A DNA stretch of 63,492 nucleotides, the filler included, from Octopus bimaculoides (lineage: Eukaryota), in assembly GCF_001194135.2 (NCBI RefSeq). It is 4 parts of 4 records of this genome, joined end to end, with 100 filler letters (N's around TTAATTAATTAA, not from the genome) between each part and the next. Parts side by side here need not be neighbours in the genome. Positions count along the whole stretch, not along the records: positions 27,251 to 40,998 come from NC_068987.1; positions 41,099 to 59,235 come from NC_068984.1; 2 more parts are not named here. One strand, written 5' to 3'. Below are positions 37,842 through 50,774 of the stretch, piece after piece. Below the pieces are notes generated by a model, which searched no databases, was not told where the DNA came from, and was given only the letters and a program-made list of their open reading frames with translations. A program made the position numbers and the translations under genes. Positions within the stretch are counted from its first letter, which is position 1, and the number at the start of each line of letters is the position of its first letter.

Positions 37842-39612
37842 AATATACAAAGCAACGAGTTTTCTTGTGTATAACAACTATGAAGATATATTGCTTTCTT
37901 GCGAAGTGTAAGTCAGCTTTTGGCGGTTGAGTTGACTCTGTTCACTACTGTCCACTGGCATTTTTGAACTCAAAACATAAAGATACGAGACTCTATCGTT
38001 TATGCTCAATGTTACACACGATACACTGATACACTTAAACTCTGGTTTCGAATCGTGAGTCTGGTCTCCTTAATCAACATTTCTACACAAATAGTTTCAA
38101 ATACCTAACTTCAAACTGAGATTGAACCACTGAACCTCGTATTTCTCTACATTTACATTAAAAGTTTCTCTAAATTCTGAGGCCTGTGCAACTCAACTTT
38201 TGCGAACAAAATTAATCATAAATTTACTGTCTTTTCTTCGTCTATGATTTTAATTCAGTTTCAGTTATTTGATTTACTATATTCTATGTTAGTAGCGACC
38301 TTATCGTTTGATTTTCATGCAGTAAAGTTTCCCAGCATTTTTGTCTCTTCTTATCCAATACTAAATCAATGTTATGGAACAATTATAACAACTAGTCCAA
38401 TGGCGAAAGAAGGAAATTTCTGTGCTTAATGTTAACTTGCACAGTGAACACACCCTAAGAAAGCTTTAAATGTCAGGATATTTTTTTAACGTGAACTTTG
38501 CATTCAGTCAAACCCCAAATCCTCTTTATGGCTGGTACGATAGAGCAGAGATTAAATTCTATACTGTATGTGCCTTCGACGCCTTGCGATTGAAGTTGAA
38601 ATATCACTGGTGTTGACTTTGGTATTTAATATCTCTGAGGTACTATATTGGGGTCGATTCAATTGGCTGTATTCTTGAGGTACAGAGTTTGACCTCACAC
38701 ATACCCCATCATTTTCAATATCCAAAAATAAATTAAAATTAGAAATCAGTGAATATTGAATTTTTAGGTGAACACATTGAGAAAAACGGTTCTATTCCTT
38801 TGGTACTTGATTCAAATAATCCATGTCTCTAATGATACTGAGAAAGGCATTAACGTCATAACTCATGATATTAGGAAAGGCGTTGATGTCACGACTAATG
38901 ATATTGAGAAAGATATAAATGCTTAAATTTTAATCCCAAAATAAAAGTGAAGTCTAAAAGATCGATTGAAGGTGATGACGAGGGATAATAAGGCAGAACT
39001 TTGAACTGAATGCATCATGACATTTAAATTGCATTCCTCAAACTTCAAATCGCGTCGAAGTCAGTCTTTGTAGTTTCTTATTCCTAGATTATTCTGTGTA
39101 GATTCGTCTGCCACCTTAATATACTCCATGTGATCACTTGGACTGCTAGAAACAGTAATCAAAGTCCTCTCAAAACACATCCCACAGGTTTAAGCAAAAG
39201 GAAGGACACATTGGACGGCTTAGTTATGTAGTCTCTGATGAAATAACGAGAGGCTCATGGTTGGAACGACTTATATCTTAAGTATATGCAATCTGGACAG
39301 ATTTTAAGCTCTTCATCATCATTTACAATAATAATAATGACAATAATGACGACATCTCTAAAAGCGTTGTTTAGAAAATAGAAACGTAACATTTTTAGTA
39401 ATACCAAATGCTACGATTCGTCAATCAGCAAATGAACTTCACACCCAATCTACTGTCGTGCAACCACTTAAATTGTGCATGTGCATACCTGCATGAATGA
39501 GTGTGTTATTATGAGGAAACGGGGTGTAAAATGAGACTATGCAATACCAATTTGTCTATAAAAACATTAAATGCGAAGGAAAAATCAAGAAGGAAAACAA
39601 TTGTTTACTCAC

Positions 39613-39633
39613 CGCTGGAACCTTGACTAATTT
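39613..39633 (-). CDS. 21-nt microexon (phase 1-1) downstream of the GPS exon; encodes K-ISQGSS
   Basis: Acceptor ctcattttttcag|AAATTAGTCAAGGTTCCAGCG|gtgagt donor; frame-compatible with the 40210 donor. Confidence 0.55.
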
Positions 39634-40209
39634 CTGAAAAAATGAGTGAAACAAAAGAGATGTAATTGAACGTTTACGCTTGTGTGTAGTCATGTACACA
39701 CACACACACACACACACACAGATACATACACACACACAGATACACACACACACACACAGATACATACACACACACACAGATACATACACACACATACTAA
39801 ATTTTATGAAAGTATTCCCGATGCAGTCATGATATATGAAGAAAAATATTTTTGAATAAATATTAATTAAATGAAAAATAACAGAACGGCACAAATCTTT
39901 TGGAAAGAAGTGTTTGTAATATATAAGCGCTTTCGCTGTTTATAGCTTTTCAGACACACTTGTTATGAGATAATCTCTGTGTGTAAAGACATACATACAT
40001 ACATACATACATACATATGCTTTCTCTCTCTCACACACACATGTATATACATTTTCTATATATGTAGATATTATACATGCGTACATATATGTATATGTGG
40101 TATATGATCTATAGCATTCATCAAAACCTAGATTGGAAATATGAAACAGCTGTATATGAAACGACTCATTATAAAAACAAAAGTAATTTTGTTCTAATTG
40201 TCGACTTAC

Positions 40210-40422
40210 TTGATTGTTGTCCAACTAGAAACTTTGTCAAATGATTTGTTTGACACTGTACTTTGGCACTGCTTTGATTTGTCTTGGCTGCGTCTAAGTC
40301 TTCCCATGTAGATTTGCCAGAGTCCCAGGTGAAGCATTTATATATTTTATTTGCTGATATTTCGTCAAGTTGTATTTCAAATACTACAGGAATGTCTAGG
40401 TTTGAAACTTTTTCCAATAATC
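40210..40422 (-). CDS. Internal exon encoding the C-terminal GAIN/GPS motif of an adhesion-GPCR or polycystin-1-like protein
   Basis: 213 nt, phase 1-1, pyrimidine tract ...caaaag| acceptor and TCAA|gtaagt donor. Translation GLLEKVSNLDIPVVFEIQ...KCFTWDSGKSTW...VQCQTNHLTKFLVGQQS fits the GPS pattern C-x2-W...W...C-x3-HL/T-x-F. Confidence 0.8.
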
Positions 40423-40684
40423 CTTTTGATCGTAACAAGTGAGAAGAGAGAGAGAGAAAAATAAAGAGAATGGAAAAGTGAGAGAGAAAAGCATTTGTAT
40501 GTATAAACTGTTACGAGAAGTGAGCAGGTAACTGATACAAGGATAACAAATACACAAAACTAGAGTTTATACGAGTGCATTCTTACAAGTGGATCATAAA
40601 ATAACAATGTGAATAGTTCTTTCTGTAGTATTAAGTCAGTGTTATATAGTGTTGATTCATATGAATTAAGGTAGGGTTTTACAG

Positions 40685-40787
40685 ACCAGAATGAGACGAT
40701 TGGGCGCAGCTATATGGACGCTGACGATCTGGGGCGGCTAATTGAACATTCAACCTATTTTGGTGACGGTCATTTTTGGTATTGGAG
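40685..40787 (+). CDS. Candidate orphan exon, unknown product
   Basis: ttttacag|...TATTGGAG|gtaagc; open in phase 1-2 as QNETIGRSYMDADDLGRLIEHSTYFGDGHFWYW; no family recognised. Confidence 0.35.
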
Positions 40788-40873
40788 GTAAGCACACATA
40801 CACATGCACGCGCATGCGCAGAAATATACATATATAGATATTGAAAGAATGATATATATATATATATATATAT

Positions 40874-40922
<49 letters not shown>

Positions 40923-40998
40923 GAGAGACGGAGCGGAAGGGAGAGAAGGCGATAAAAATTAAAATGTCTGATGTCAAATAAGCAGGTTTGAATCAGTA

Positions 40999-41098
40999 NN
41001 NNNNNNNNNNNNNNNNNNNNNNNNNNNNNNNNNNNNNNNNNNTTAATTAATTAANNNNNNNNNNNNNNNNNNNNNNNNNNNNNNNNNNNNNNNNNNNN
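40999..41098. other. Artificial assembly spacer
   Basis: 44N-TTAATTAATTAA-44N. Confidence 0.9.
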
Positions 41099-41124
41099 TA
41101 TATATATATACATATGTATATATG

Positions 41125-41164
<40 letters not shown>

Positions 41165-41282
41165 TATATACATATGTATATATGTATGTATATATATATA
41201 TGTGTATATATATATGTATATATATATGCATGCATATATGAGTGTGCACGCGTGTATGTATGTATATGTATGTATATGTATG

Positions 41283-41341
<59 letters not shown>

Positions 41342-41474
41342 GGGAGAATTTACGAAAAAAAAAACAACAGACGAAGACAGGTGGTGTATATACTGCATAT
41401 ATATACAGCATATATATGCACACATATATATACATACATATATATGCGCACATACATATGTCAGAGATAAACGG

Positions 41475-41575
<101 letters not shown>

Positions 41576-41604
41576 GGAGTTGCAAAGAGAAATGTGAGAA
41601 CAGA

Positions 41605-41642
<38 letters not shown>

Positions 41643-42126
41643 AGAAGAAGAAGATTGAGGTTGTGCCTGAAGATGGACAGAAAGTGTATTGTTCTTGTCG
41701 CTAGACTGTGTCCTTCTTCTCTTTTTAAAACTGTAAGTTATTATCTTGAGGTATTTTACTGCTATTCCTAGTAAGTCGAGTGTGTGTCGTGAGAAGCAAG
41801 GGAAGATATTGGATAGGTACGAAAAGTAATACTTAAAGAAGTACCACCCAAAACAATAACAACAAGACAAAGATTGAGTGATGATATTACGTGGGTCAAA
41901 TGAATCAGATGAATATATATGTATATATATATATATATATGTATATTTTTTATATATCAATGAAACATAGAAGGGCATGGTCTCCGATGCAGGATGTATA
42001 GGTGTGCATATAGGTGTAGGTGTCGGGAGGAAATTGAACGAGTCCCTTACCTGTCGGTTGGTTGAGGAGCAGAGCTTGTAACATCAGACAGAAAGCCATG
42101 TCGGTTCACGTATAGACTGTCTCTTT

Positions 42127-42191
<65 letters not shown>

Positions 42192-43791
42192 CACACTCTT
42201 CCCCTTTCTCTCTTTGATCTCTCTCTCTTTTTCTCTCTCGCTTTCTCTTAGTGTCTGTTACTATCTCACTATGTCCTTAACTCTCTCTGTCTATCTACTT
42301 CTTTCCATTTGTTTCTTTTTGCATGTCTGTCAGTTTGTCTCTTTCCCTCTCGCTGTCAGTCTCTCTCTCTCTCTCCGTCTCCCACTCTCTCTCCTTTCTT
42401 CCCCTCTCTCCGTCTCTACTCTATCCCTGTCTCTCCACTCCCTCCATGTCTTTCTCTTCTCTCCACCCCTCTACTCCGTCCGTCTCTCTCTCTCTCTCTT
42501 CATCTTATTTGTCCCTCTCTCTGTCTATCACCCATTCTCTCGTTCATGCTCTCTCTCTCTATTTTGGACGATGGGTCCCCTGCCTGCTGACTGTTCCAAT
42601 TGGTGGTGGTGGTGTCGTAGTTGGTGGTGGTGTCGTAGGTGGGGGTGGTGTTGTAGGTGGTGGTAGTTGCAATGTAGTGGTAGTTAGTGGTAGCGACGTT
42701 AAACTAATGGTGGTAGTTGTAGTTATAAAATAGTGCTGGCGTTGGTGGCGGTGGTGGTCCATTAGAGTTGTACCCGTTGGTGCTGTTGGTGGTTGTGCTA
42801 GTGTCTGCTTCGGGTACCAAGTGAACATGGCATGATGGTTGTTGGTCATAGTATTGGAGGCGGGAATATCATCTACCACTTGTGGTAGTGTTATGGTGAT
42901 GGAGGTAGTTATGAGATCCTTCGGTATTGGCCTCCAGAGCGTCGGTATGAGGAGACGATGTCATTCACCCTCTTTTTCAGCCTAGACTCTTTATCTCTGT
43001 CNNNNNNNNNNNNNNNNNNNNNNNNNNNNNNNNNNNNNNNNNNNNNNNNNNNNNNNNNNNNNNNNNNNNNNNNNNNNNNNNNNNNNNNNNNNNNNNNNNN
43101 NNNNNNNNNNNNNNNNNNNNNNNNNNNNNNNNNNNNNNNNNNNNNNNNNNNNNNNNNNNNNNNNNNNNNNNNNNNNNNNNNNNNNNNNNNNNNNNNNNNN
43201 NNNNNNNNNNNNNNNNNNNNNNNNNNNNNNNNNNNNNNNNNNNNNNNNNNNNNNNNNNNNNNNNNNNNNNNNNNNNNNNNNNNNNNNNNNNNNNNNNNNN
43301 NNNNNNNNNNNNNTGGGTGGGTGAATGACGTCGTGTACCAATACCGAAGGGTTGCCGGTAGTAAGTTATTCGAAATGGTGTGGTGATTTGGTGTTGATAG
43401 AAAGATGGCATCGGAGATGGTAAAATTAAAATCGATATTTGGAAAAAAGGTAATTTGTACTGTTACTGAATGTGCCTTCCCTTATTTAAGACGGAGTGTG
43501 ATGTCGATTGAAGGCGATTTGGCTGCTATTTCTAGTACTTGAGCGACGTCGTGTGGATGGTGTTGAAGTTGATACTTGTGCGGTAGTTGCGTTGAAGGTA
43601 GTGTCAGTGGTGTTGGAGGTAGTGCCAGTGGTGAGGGATTTTCATGACACTATGGTAATAGTGTTGGAGGTGGTGGCTGTAATATCGGTGTTGATAATTG
43701 AGTGTTAATGATGTAGTGTTGAAGTTGATAATAATATAGCGGTGTTACTGGATTCATCACATCTGTTACAGTTCTTTATGCATGTGCGTGT

Positions 43792-43885
<94 letters not shown>

Positions 43886-44112
43886 GTGTGTGTGTAAGTG
43901 TGTGTGTGTGTGCGTGCGTGTGTGTGTGCGTGCGTGTGTGCTAACTCACGAAACTCTCGGACCTTGAGTCACTCTGTTGCTTCTACTAAATTTTAATAAA
44001 AAATATACATTTACTCATAGTTTGAGTTCTATTTTCTCTGTTTGCATCACCATAACTATATATGTCTACACTACCTGTCTTCGTCTTTTTGCTTTTTTGT
44101 GAACCCCACCCC

Positions 44113-44148
<36 letters not shown>

Positions 44149-44415
44149 GCATGCACAACAACCCCAGCTGAGAACTGTGTACTATAAAATAACTTTTTTC
44201 TTTTTTTCAGCTTATCGAACTTCAATATCGGAAAAAATGTATAACCTTCTACGTCAATAAACCACTATTGTTCCCTGAAAGTTTTCTTTTTATACTTTCT
44301 ACTGCTCGAAGCTTACTAATTTCCTACACCTTGATCCTTGGATCTTACCTTTACATAATATATACATTACATATATACATACATATGTATATATATATGT
44401 GTGTGTGTGTTGGTG

Positions 44416-44474
<59 letters not shown>

Positions 44475-44509
44475 ATGTATGTATGTGTATATATATATAT
44501 ATATATATA

Positions 44510-45570
44510 CAGCAACAAAGCAACAAATAAACGATAGAACTGAAAACTTTGCAAAAAGAAGCCTATATGACATTGAAAAGCCACAAAGCCAACTTAATGA
44601 ACAAATGAACAATCTTCAATGCAGTCTAATGAATTCTACCGAAGAAGAATTAGGAAAGATAAGTCGTAAATTCTTGGCAAAAAGAACTCAAAAATCCGAC
44701 AAGTAACTGTACTCAAACAACGGAATAACGTTACCAATGCCATCGAATAACAACAAATAACAAAAAGTTCTGCAGGCTCACACTTCTTGAAACTGTCGAT
44801 TTCTACACATCCAATAAGAAGCTTCTACTGCTTAAATCACTAAACTTCGTTAAAAGATTCACTGAAATCAGCGATGGACATGTAGACATTATCATACATA
44901 CGAAGAAATAAGTATTTTTCCATGACAATGCAGCCCGGGTAGAAAAAGAATAGGACGACTTCATTGATGTCACCGTGGTGTCCTACGATGGAGCAGAAAC
45001 ATGTAAACGTGTAGGACTATACAGTATAGGCCATATAAGCAAAATATCCCCCAAGACCAGTATAGCCCTACACGGAAACATGGTTTAGCCGTATCCCAAA
45101 ACATGGACGGACACAAGATGGACAAATTTAGAAATAGTCGGAGCATTGGGCATAATAAAAGAACATATGAACAAAAACGTAGAAGCTATACCGGGATCCT
45201 TAACACTATACACTGTCTAAAACCTAACCCTGCTGGGAACAGCCCACATCCTACGCATGACACTATCAATCCAATAATACTACCTAAACAAAACAGCCCA
45301 CGAATACAAGACACACTCTATGCAACATTTACCCAGTGAAATAAACTTCCACCAGCAAACCAGAACATCGAAACCATTACACACTCAACAAGCAGTAACA
45401 CAACAAAAGACTGCATCATACCTCAAGAGAAAAAAAAACTAACACAATACAATACCAGGAAGTGTTTGCACACTCCCAACAGTAGAAAAGAACACACAAT
45501 TCTGCACACACCCCAGCAATACGGAGGGGTAGCAGGTGATGCAGTAGAAATTTGCTTCAATCTACCAAAT
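44510..45570 (+). pseudogene. Penelope-like RT/GIY-YIG remnant
   Basis: Broken frames give VDFYTSNKKLLL...IIIHTKK*VFFHDNAARV, DVTVVSYDGAETCKRVGLY (cf. FDVTMGSYDGAEVCELVGL) and a frameshifted LYRDDGLAV-like motif. Confidence 0.65.
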
Positions 45571-45846
45571 ATTGAACAGTTATATAATAATAATAATAAA
45601 GATGGTGCTCATGGGAACTGCCCATATCCTACGTAAAATACTGTCTATGTGATCTCAAATTTTAAAACAAACACATAATTTTCTTATGGTTTCTTAAACA
45701 TTCTCTAGAACAACACTATGTACAAACCCAAATATATGGTACCCTAGGTATAACACCTACATGAACTTCTAACTTGTTGTCTCTTGAGGTCTCTGGGTGA
45801 GACTCGGATCCAACTTGTACAAATGCAAAGCAAAAGTCAAACATAA

Positions 45847-45930
<84 letters not shown>

Positions 45931-45965
45931 AATAATAATAATAATAACAATAATAATAATAATAA
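45847..45965. repeat. (TAA)n(GAT)n(TAA)n trinucleotide microsatellite
   Basis: Directly visible. Confidence 0.95.
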
Positions 45966-46235
45966 GGTCGTGCCTATAATAATTGGTACGTTGAAAACAG
46001 TAAGCAAAGATATAGACAAATGGCTGAACGAGATTGAAATAGAATGCCCTGTAGAGCTCCTACAGAAAGTTTGTCTCTTAGGGACAGCAAGGGTTATCAG
46101 GAGGGTTCTAAGCCCTTGAAATACTGCTGAAAACTTCTGTATACCTAAGGTTACAGGTAGTAAGTAACCCGCTACCCATATAAATCCTACCAGGAATAAG
46201 ACTGAACCTGAGCCAAACCAAACCAAAACAATAAT
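45966..46235 (+). mobile_element. R4/Dong-like LINE 3' end
   Basis: VPIIIGTLKTVSKDIDKWLNEIEIECPVELLQKVCLLGTARVIRRVLSP* matches the recalled RLE C-terminal signature VP.I.G.LG...LQK..LLGTARI.R.VL; flanked by (TAA)n. Confidence 0.7.
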
Positions 46236-46244
46236 AATTATTAT

Positions 46245-46456
46245 TTCTACTGGAAGCACAAGGCCTCTAATTAATGGGAAGGGATTAAGTCGATTACATC
46301 GACCCCAGTGCGTAACTGGTACATATTTAATCGATCCCGAAAGGATAAAAGGCAAAGTCGACCACGGCGGAATTTGAACTCAGAACGTAGTGACAGACGA
46401 AATGCCACAAAGCATTTTGCCCGGCGTGCTAACGATTCTGCCAGCTCGCCGCCTTG
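46245..46456 (-). mobile_element. Full-length SINE family B
   Basis: Reverse complement starts AAGGCGGCGAGCTGGCAGAATCGTTAGCACGCCGGGC. Confidence 0.9.
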
Positions 46457-46789
46457 TCATCATAATAATAATAATAATAATAATAATTTCTTTTATTAGC
46501 CACAGGGGCATAAGGGAGACATCCAAAGGACAGATTATGCTTTGTGTTGAGATTTGCATAAAGGACGGAAAGAAGAAAACGGAAAAGACAGTGAGATACA
46601 ATAAAAGTATACATAGTGTACAAAATATGTGATAACATGAATGATGCGGCCCTCCTGATACAGAAGAAAATTCCAACTAGGCCCAATCAAGTAACCCCAC
46701 AGATTCTGATCCCAAAGGTACGAGCCCTCTCTCCTGCTCTCCAATCTACAAGCGCATACGATTCTTTCTACTTCAGATACATGGTCTGA

Positions 46790-46978
46790 AATTTAGGAGG
46801 TGGGGGCTAGTCGATTACGTCGACCCTAGTACTCAACAGGTACTTATTTTATCGATCTCGAGAGGGTGAAAGGCAAAGTCGACCTCGGTGGCATTTGAAC
46901 TCAGAACGTAAAGAATCGGAAGAAATGCTGCTAAGCATTTTGTCCGACGCGTTAATGATTCTGTCAGCTTGCAGCCTT
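46790..46978 (-). mobile_element. SINE family B (diverged)
   Basis: Matches 46245-46456; a more degenerate copy follows at about 47005-47160. Confidence 0.8.
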
Positions 46979-47191
46979 ATGGTTTCCGGTTCAGGAAAAA
47001 ATGCCAAAGAATTTGAGAGGAGGAGTTAAGTCGATGCACTCGGTTCCAGTTCTTGTCTGATACTTTGATCAAGTAACAAGAGACAAGGTCGACTTCAGCG
47101 AAATTTTGAATCCAGAATGTGAAGAGCAGAAACATAGCATGTTTTCCCGATGATCAAGCAATGCTATCCAATGCACTGTGTAGTTGAATTA

Positions 47192-47192
<1 letters not shown>

Positions 47193-47263
<71 letters not shown>

Positions 47264-47363
47264 ACTGCTACTACTACTACTGCTACTACTACTACTNNNN
47301 NNNNNNTGCTGCTGCTGCTACTGCTACTACTACTACTGCTACTACTACTACTACTACTACTAC

Positions 47364-47392
<29 letters not shown>
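47193..47392. repeat. (CTA)n(CTG)n(CTA)n(TAA)n compound microsatellite
   Basis: Directly visible. Confidence 0.95.
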
Positions 47393-47394
<2 letters not shown>

Positions 47395-47472
47395 CTGAAA
47401 TAGTGTGCACAAACCATAAAGAAATATTAACTGCGGATAACACTTGAAAGTCGGCCTTGATGTGAGAAGCCG

Positions 47473-47512
<40 letters not shown>

Positions 47513-47683
47513 ACACACGTACACACACACACGCGCGTGCACACACACGCGAGTGCACACACACGCTTACATACACACACACGTACACTCACGTACACTC
47601 ACGTACACTCACACACACACACACACACACGTACGTACGTACGTACGTACACACACACGCTTACGCACAGTCACGTACACTCA

Positions 47684-47721
<38 letters not shown>

Positions 47722-48959
47722 TACGCACACGTTCGCAGACGCAGGCATACACACACGCACTTACATGAAAACTTATGACATGAGAGAAACACTTGGGAGC
47801 AAAAATGATTGCCAGACCGGGTGAACGGCCTCTGAACAATGACAAAACGTAACAATAATTTTTTCTGATGCATCTTGTCAGAAAGAAATAATAATCCAGA
47901 GATAGCAGCAATTTTTAGTAACAATGTTACACAATGCTTTGCGTTGGTGGTGGTGGTGATGGGGGATTAACTGCTGATCGTTGGATCGTGAGTTCGATTC
48001 TCGGATCGAGTAGCGCATTGTGTCCTGAGCATAGCATTTCAGTTTCACGTTGCTTCATCCTGCATTTGGTTTTACATGGATGCTAGAAACAGCTGGCAGA
48101 ATGCCAGAGACCCTGAGATTGTAGAATTTTTCGTTGGAAAACGAAAGATTGGAGAACTCTTTCGTTGGAGAATTTTGTACTCTCCGTCGTTGAACCTCCA
48201 CAGAAATCCAAATAAGCTCGGATCTAAATGGTCTTGTAAATTCCCGACAGACTTTAACTGCTACTGAAAATAATTGTTTTAGTTTGTTTTTCAAAATCTA
48301 TCCCAAGTTGGTGCAGTTAAGAGTTTGATCTGTAGGCTGGTGTCTGTATGTCGCTGGCTGCAGTTTACTGTGAGTAAATTGATACACTTTTACATGTGTC
48401 AGACTGCGTGCGTGCTGTGGTCACGCAGGAGGCACGGCCAATACTGTTGCTACGTTTTTACTAAATCTCAATCCATGGATAAACTTTGGTGGATGTGAGA
48501 TTTTGATGCGACCGCCTTCAGTGGTGTTTCTTTGCTTTGACGTAGTTTCATCTGGAATCTCAGATATCTTCATACGTCTCTTGAAAACACCCACAACCAC
48601 GCCATATTAAGCTGGCAAAATATTGGAAAACTGTAGGCCTTTGAAACCTAAACTATTGCAGTATCTGGTCCTAACTCAAGATGGCGAAGTTAGGATTTTT
48701 GGCACTGTGCAATGACGTTTTGGCCGGGTGTGTCAAAGTTTGATGTCAATCCTTCGAAGATCTATACGATGTCAATCCTTCGAAGATGTATATCTTTCCC
48801 GTTTTCGCTCTAGAAAAGCGTGATCAAGGAGGGAGAGTTGCAGTCAGGGGAAGGGGTTTGGATAATGTGCTTAGTACAAAATTTTGCAAGCACACACACG
48901 CAGATACACACATGCACGCACACACACACAAACACACACATACACATTCGCTTGGCCTT

Positions 48960-49105
48960 TTCTTTCTGTGAACCAAACCAATTCACAAAACCTGGCCCGT
49001 GGTTACAGTAGAAGAAATTTGCCTAAAGTATTGTGGAGTAGCACTGAACCCCATACCACGTGGTTTGGAAGCACACTTCTTAACCACACAACCATGTCTA
49101 CACCT
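48960..49105 (-). mobile_element. Diverged SINE family A head
   Basis: Reverse complement aligns to the family A head and body (CCAAACCACGTGGTATGGGGTTCAGTG). Confidence 0.65.
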
Positions 49106-50774
49106 ATCACAATTTTTAAAAAATTCAAATGTTTCACTGATGACCATGTGGTCAATCATACAATCCTATGACCAACCACCCTCTCTACATCTCTCATTTC
49201 TTTACCGACAGCACATACATAGCAAGCAACACATGTGTCAAATATCTACAGATCACAAAATATAACCAAATAAAAAGAAGCAAATACATAATCATAGTAA
49301 TTCATACGCTTTGTTCTCCATTATGAATTCATTAGTCAGAAGATGTCTCCGCTTTGAATAGCTGTAAAATCACATGTACACAGGAATTGGCAGCTACAAA
49401 GCTAAAAAAATTGTCCTGAACGCTTTTCTTCCTTATGAAGCCATTCCATGGGACATCGACTGGTAAAGTTGTTTCGGAATCATCCAAGATATTTATTTGG
49501 GTTACATTCCTTCACATTCCTCTTCAAGTTGAACTTGAAGGAGTTGATAACAGCTTGGCCAAAGGAAAGTGTCTCTCTTCGAACGTTTCGGCCAAGCCCA
49601 CTACGCATAAATTCCTTCACCACAACCTCTAGGCAGAGGAAGACTAGCCGTATTTCCCCACAAAAAGAAGTGGAAAATGACGCATCGATTCTTACTATGC
49701 ACTCTAGAGATAACTGAATCTATCATACACACAACAGTGGATGTTGGACACAAACCCACAAATCGGTAATGCACGGACACTGAATAGGAGCAAGCAGTAC
49801 TATTTTGTCGTCCTGCATACATTCAGGCAATGTTCGGTTGTTGGTACTTCTGTATCTGTAGATTTTGTCTTGAACAGGTAATGCTCTCCAGCAGCAATGC
49901 CACGAAAGTTACCATAATCCCTGATTTAAAAGCCCTTCAGAGGAGACTGCTCAAGCTGTTCTTGTCGACAGTCAAAGACGTTCTCAGGTTAATGTCGCTC
50001 AAACAGTCTTTCTAATAGACAAAAAGTCTCAAATTCAAGGGTCGAGAAGCAGTTAGTTTAACCGATCCCAATGCTTGATAAGTTAATTTGGTTCTTTGTT
50101 TGAAGCTGAAAGTGGACCACAAAGCAATTTTAACGTAAAGTGACGGAATGGAATCCTGCAAGATTTATTTGCCCGACGCTCTACTGATTCTGTCATTCTC
50201 CAGTCTCTGCTACTCCACCTCTAAGACAACAAGGAATCCTCTACGTAGTCGTTTTACTTAATAGAAATAACAACCATCTCTCCCTCAAATCATAGCCTCC
50301 TGCCTAAGACAAAGCAAGACATTTCGAATCGTGTAGTCTTGTATATATTATGTCTGAAGGAAAAGACGGAGTGCTCATGGTTGGAACACCTTTGATGATA
50401 GACACAATCAGTCAGGACAAAACAAAGGTCTAAACAACAATATGAACACCAACACTAAATCCACCACCCTTAACATGCCTTCGAGCCAACCAAGGTGGGG
50501 TCGGGGCTATACGTGGTCGCTCGAATTACTAGAAATAGCTGCCAAACTTCCTTCACATCACACCATAATTTCAGAAAAACAGGAGACGTTGGATAACGGT
50601 AAAAAAAAAAAAAAATTCTAAAAACTTCTCATCTTTTGTCTTGTTCTTAATTGCTTTTAACTTTTTTTCAACTTTTCTTAATTTATTCAGTCACAGTATT
50701 CCATCCTCCTATTTTACCCTCCGAAAGTCTCCTACTAACGGCGTTACTCTGTTGTCTTGCTACACTACCATACT

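Noticed and set aside
41640-41910. Hydrophobic minus-strand ORF segment as a 7TM exon
   Set aside because: It contains a family F copy, has no proper splice sites, and would lie upstream of the GPS exon.
42052-42100. Minus-strand [16 protein letters not shown]|gtaagg as first exon of the GPS gene
   Set aside because: Phase-compatible, but it is a weak signal peptide, lies across an artificial join, and would leave no room for a GAIN domain. Unsupported without cDNA.
42559-43770. Pro/Thr-rich mucin-like stalk exons for the GPS gene
   Set aside because: Degenerate (ACC/ACT)n low complexity with stops in all frames at 43470-43760 and no donor after 42590.
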